From Rhizophagus irregularis (lineage: Eukaryota), in assembly GCF_026210795.1 (NCBI RefSeq), contig NC_089433.1, forward strand, positions 3,038,001 through 3,102,000: a stretch of DNA of 64,000 bases, in the 5' to 3' direction. The notes under the pieces were generated by a model. That model searched no databases, had not been told where the DNA came from, and saw only the letters and a list, made by a program, of their open reading frames with translations. Position 1 is the first letter of the stretch; the number at the start of each line of letters is the position of its first letter. The position numbers and the translations under genes are program-made. Shown here in pieces: positions 61,220-64,000 of this stretch.

Positions 61220-61684
61220 TTTTATTCAATTACATTTTTTCTCGGTATAAGAGTAATTGCTTGCCTTGCTATTCCGCTCTATTGACTCCATGGCTGGTTT
61301 CCTGGATGGGTTAATATTTTCTTACCTTTTTTGGCTCCGTTGGCTTTGAAATCCTATTTCTTGTTCGGTTGGGGGGTAAGTAGGTGAAAATATTAATAAA
61401 CAATTTAGATTATGAAATAAGTAGGATATAAGTGAATTAGATTATGAGATAAGTAGAATATAAATAGGTAAAAATATAAAAAAGGTGATATAAGTAGGTG
61501 AAAAATATAAAAAGGTGACCAGGATTGGACCCACAGCCGGTGGGAGAGCAACGGGGATAGCAAAAAAAGGGTTGTCAGGATTGGACCCACAGCCGGTGGG
61601 AGAGCAACAAGGGGATAGCAAGAAAAAGGTAACCAGGATTGGACTCTGAGGAAAGTGAGCCAGAACTGGCATTTCTATACTACT
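61220..61684. repeat. Polinton right TIR (~460 bp, with an internal ~60-bp duplication)
   Basis: Reverse complement of 39053-39243 + 48575-48792; CAGGATTGGACCCACAGCCGGTGGGAGAGCAAC occurs twice. Confidence 0.93.
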
Positions 61685-62177
61685 GTGCTGGCCCTGAAGA
61701 GATGCGTACAGCTATTAGTAAATTTGTTATTACCTATATATATTGCTCGGGGTCCTAGAAAAGTAATGAAATTATGTATAATCATTATCGTAATTAAATT
61801 ATTACAATGCAATTGTAACTTCAATAAATAGCAATTAACTTTATCGTTATGACTACAATAATTGCAAAGACAAGTAAGGTTGTTAATTATGTAATCATTA
61901 ATATATACTATGTGTTTATTGTTAAATAATTTTATCACGCATCACTAGTTTATTAACAAATCAATGCTTACTATTTCAGATTAAATATTATATTTTTTAT
62001 TTGAGTTGGATCACTTTTGAATTGCAAGAAGTTTATAATGTGGCTACAATTTCTTTACTGATTAAAATCGCTTGTATTCATCAGAATACATACACAATTT
62101 ATTTTTATTACACATTAGTATCGTGCAAAACAAATATTTATTAAAATTAAACAAATACCGTGTGCTTGCAATAACTA

Positions 62178-62540
62178 CTTTACTAAAAATAGCCAATTTT
62201 TTGAAATATTTTTATAGACCTAGATACAATGGCTTTCAAAACAATTGTGCAATTATTTTGTAAAATTTTTAAAATATATCAAGATATATTTGAAGTATTT
62301 TTGAGATTAAAATATTAAAATAATATCAAAGTTAATTATATTATAATAATAAAATAATAATAAAAACATTAAAAAATTATTGTGATATTATTATGAGTTA
62401 TTTTTATAGACCTAGATACAATATAATTACAAAATAATAACAAAAATATAATAAAACCATTTTGATGTATTAAATGTATTTTTGTAGTATTTTAAAATTA
62501 TTACAAAATCATTTCAAAAAATTGGCCATTTTTAGTAAAG
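62178..62540. mobile_element. TA-flanked MITE, copy 1
   Basis: TA|CTTTACTAAAAATAGCCAATTTTTTGAAAT...ATTTCAAAAAATTGGCCATTTTTAGTAAAG|TA. Confidence 0.8.
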
Positions 62541-62668
62541 TAATTATCGCATTATAAAACTCAAATTTGTATTAAGTTATTAAAAATTGCAAAAGTGTTT
62601 GTATTAAAGACTTAAAGTACCACATTGGCGCATTAAATTTTGTTGATGCTTAATTTAAATAATAAATA

Positions 62669-63031
62669 CTTTACTAAAAATGGCCAATTTTTTGAAATAT
62701 TTTTATAGACCTAAATACAATGGCTTTCAAAACAATTATGCAATTATTTTGTAAAATTTTTAAAATATATCAAGATATATTTGAGGTATTTTTGAGATTA
62801 AAATATTAAAATAATATCAAAATTAATTATATTATAATAATAAAATAATAACAAAAATATTAAAAAATTATTGTGATATTATTTTGAGTTATTTTTATAG
62901 ACCTAGATACAATATAATTACAAAATAATAACAAAAATATAATAAAAACATTTTGATGTATTAAATGTATTTTTGTGGTATTTTAAAATTATTACAAAAT
63001 CATTTCAAAAAATTGGCCATTTTTAGTAAAG
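62669..63031. mobile_element. TA-flanked MITE, copy 2
   Basis: Near-identical to 62178-62540 with different left flank. Confidence 0.8.
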
Positions 63032-64000
63032 TAATTAATTTTTTGAAATAAAAGTATGTACTTAACTTTTGATTCACTCATTCCATTTGAAATTTAACTT
63101 TGTCTTTTGCGATCCAAATTATATAAAATATTTTTGTAATCAATTTCAATCATAACAAGGAATTTGCATTCTAAGTAATGAATGTAGTCTGATAATAATA
63201 CTCAAAAAATGTCTAAAAAAAATTTTATAATTTGACAATTATGCTAAAAAATTAAAGATATAGTGAAAAAGAATATAATAATACTATTTTCGAATTTAAA
63301 TTTTAATTTAGTTTATTAGTTTTTGTTAATTCATTAATATAAATAATAATCAATCAGACATTTGGAAAGTGTATTATATAAATAAATAAAAAACAATAAG
63401 CAGCAAAAATAACAATTACTTATTATTTGTTACTCATTCTTTTCAATTACTTTTGTTCATTATGTATTTAAACTTATTTAATTTCAAAAATGCAGATATA
63501 CATTAAATAAACAATAACAATAAAAAAAAAATAAAAATGCCATAAATGTTGAAAAGTAATCAATAATTTAATTTAATGCTTAATAAAGTAAAGTGTTAAG
63601 TATCCGAGACAAGCGGTTGCACTGTCTACAAAGAGAAGGAAAAAAAGCTAGCAAAATTTATTTACAAATAACAAAAATAGCTGTTTCATGATCATAATAA
63701 AGATATTAAATTTTTATATTAATTCAACTCTTTTTTTTTTAATTTGAAAAAGTTGCATACGAGATTTTTTTAGCAATTAAATTTATGAGTTGTACAAAAG
63801 ACGTGTCAATTCGCACTATTGCCAATTGACGCTTAAAATCAACTTTAAAATCTTAGTTGCATTTATTTTAAAGTTTTGAATTTGTATACTTTCTTTAATT
63901 AATTGTTGCCAATCTGTTGGCCAAAATATTTATTTATTTAAATAAAGTAAATCATAAACCTCTAAAATTTTATTTTAGTAATTACAGTCGCCATTGGTTA

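Larger units (their letters stand above)
39053..61684. mobile_element. Complete Polinton/Maverick element (~12 kb after removing two nested insertions)
   Basis: AGTAGTATAG...CTATACTACT termini, 6-bp TSD GTGCTG (39047-39052; 61685-61690), long TIRs, pPolB and rve integrase. Confidence 0.95.

Overview
AT-rich eukaryotic DNA with short GT-AG introns, composed almost entirely of nested transposable elements. It most resembles a Glomeromycotina (arbuscular mycorrhizal fungus, Rhizophagus-like) genome; this is an inference from composition and TE/protein types. No clear housekeeping gene is present. Left to right: (1) a TIR-bounded ~77-bp hairpin satellite; (2) a non-autonomous CACTA-like element carrying a LINE fragment; (3) a nest of tRNA-headed SINE-like repeats, hAT-type MITEs, a young full-length Ty3/Gypsy element (10192-21113) whose Pol has a P-loop nucleotide-kinase domain fused after RNase H, and a full-length APE-RT-RNaseH LINE; (4) a Zator transposon; (5) a complete Polinton/Maverick (39053-61684, AGTAGT termini, 6-bp TSD). 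The Polinton has pPolB and integrase but no recognisable jelly-roll capsid, ATPase or adenain. Instead it carries a retrotransposon-type Gag/zinc-knuckle/aspartic-protease ORF, a TBP-like gene and F-box genes. A Plavaka/CMC transposon inserted in its left TIR carries a Myb/SANT gene followed by a sequence that folds as an HDV-like ribozyme. All calls come from reading motifs, TIRs and TSDs by eye; no database searches were run.
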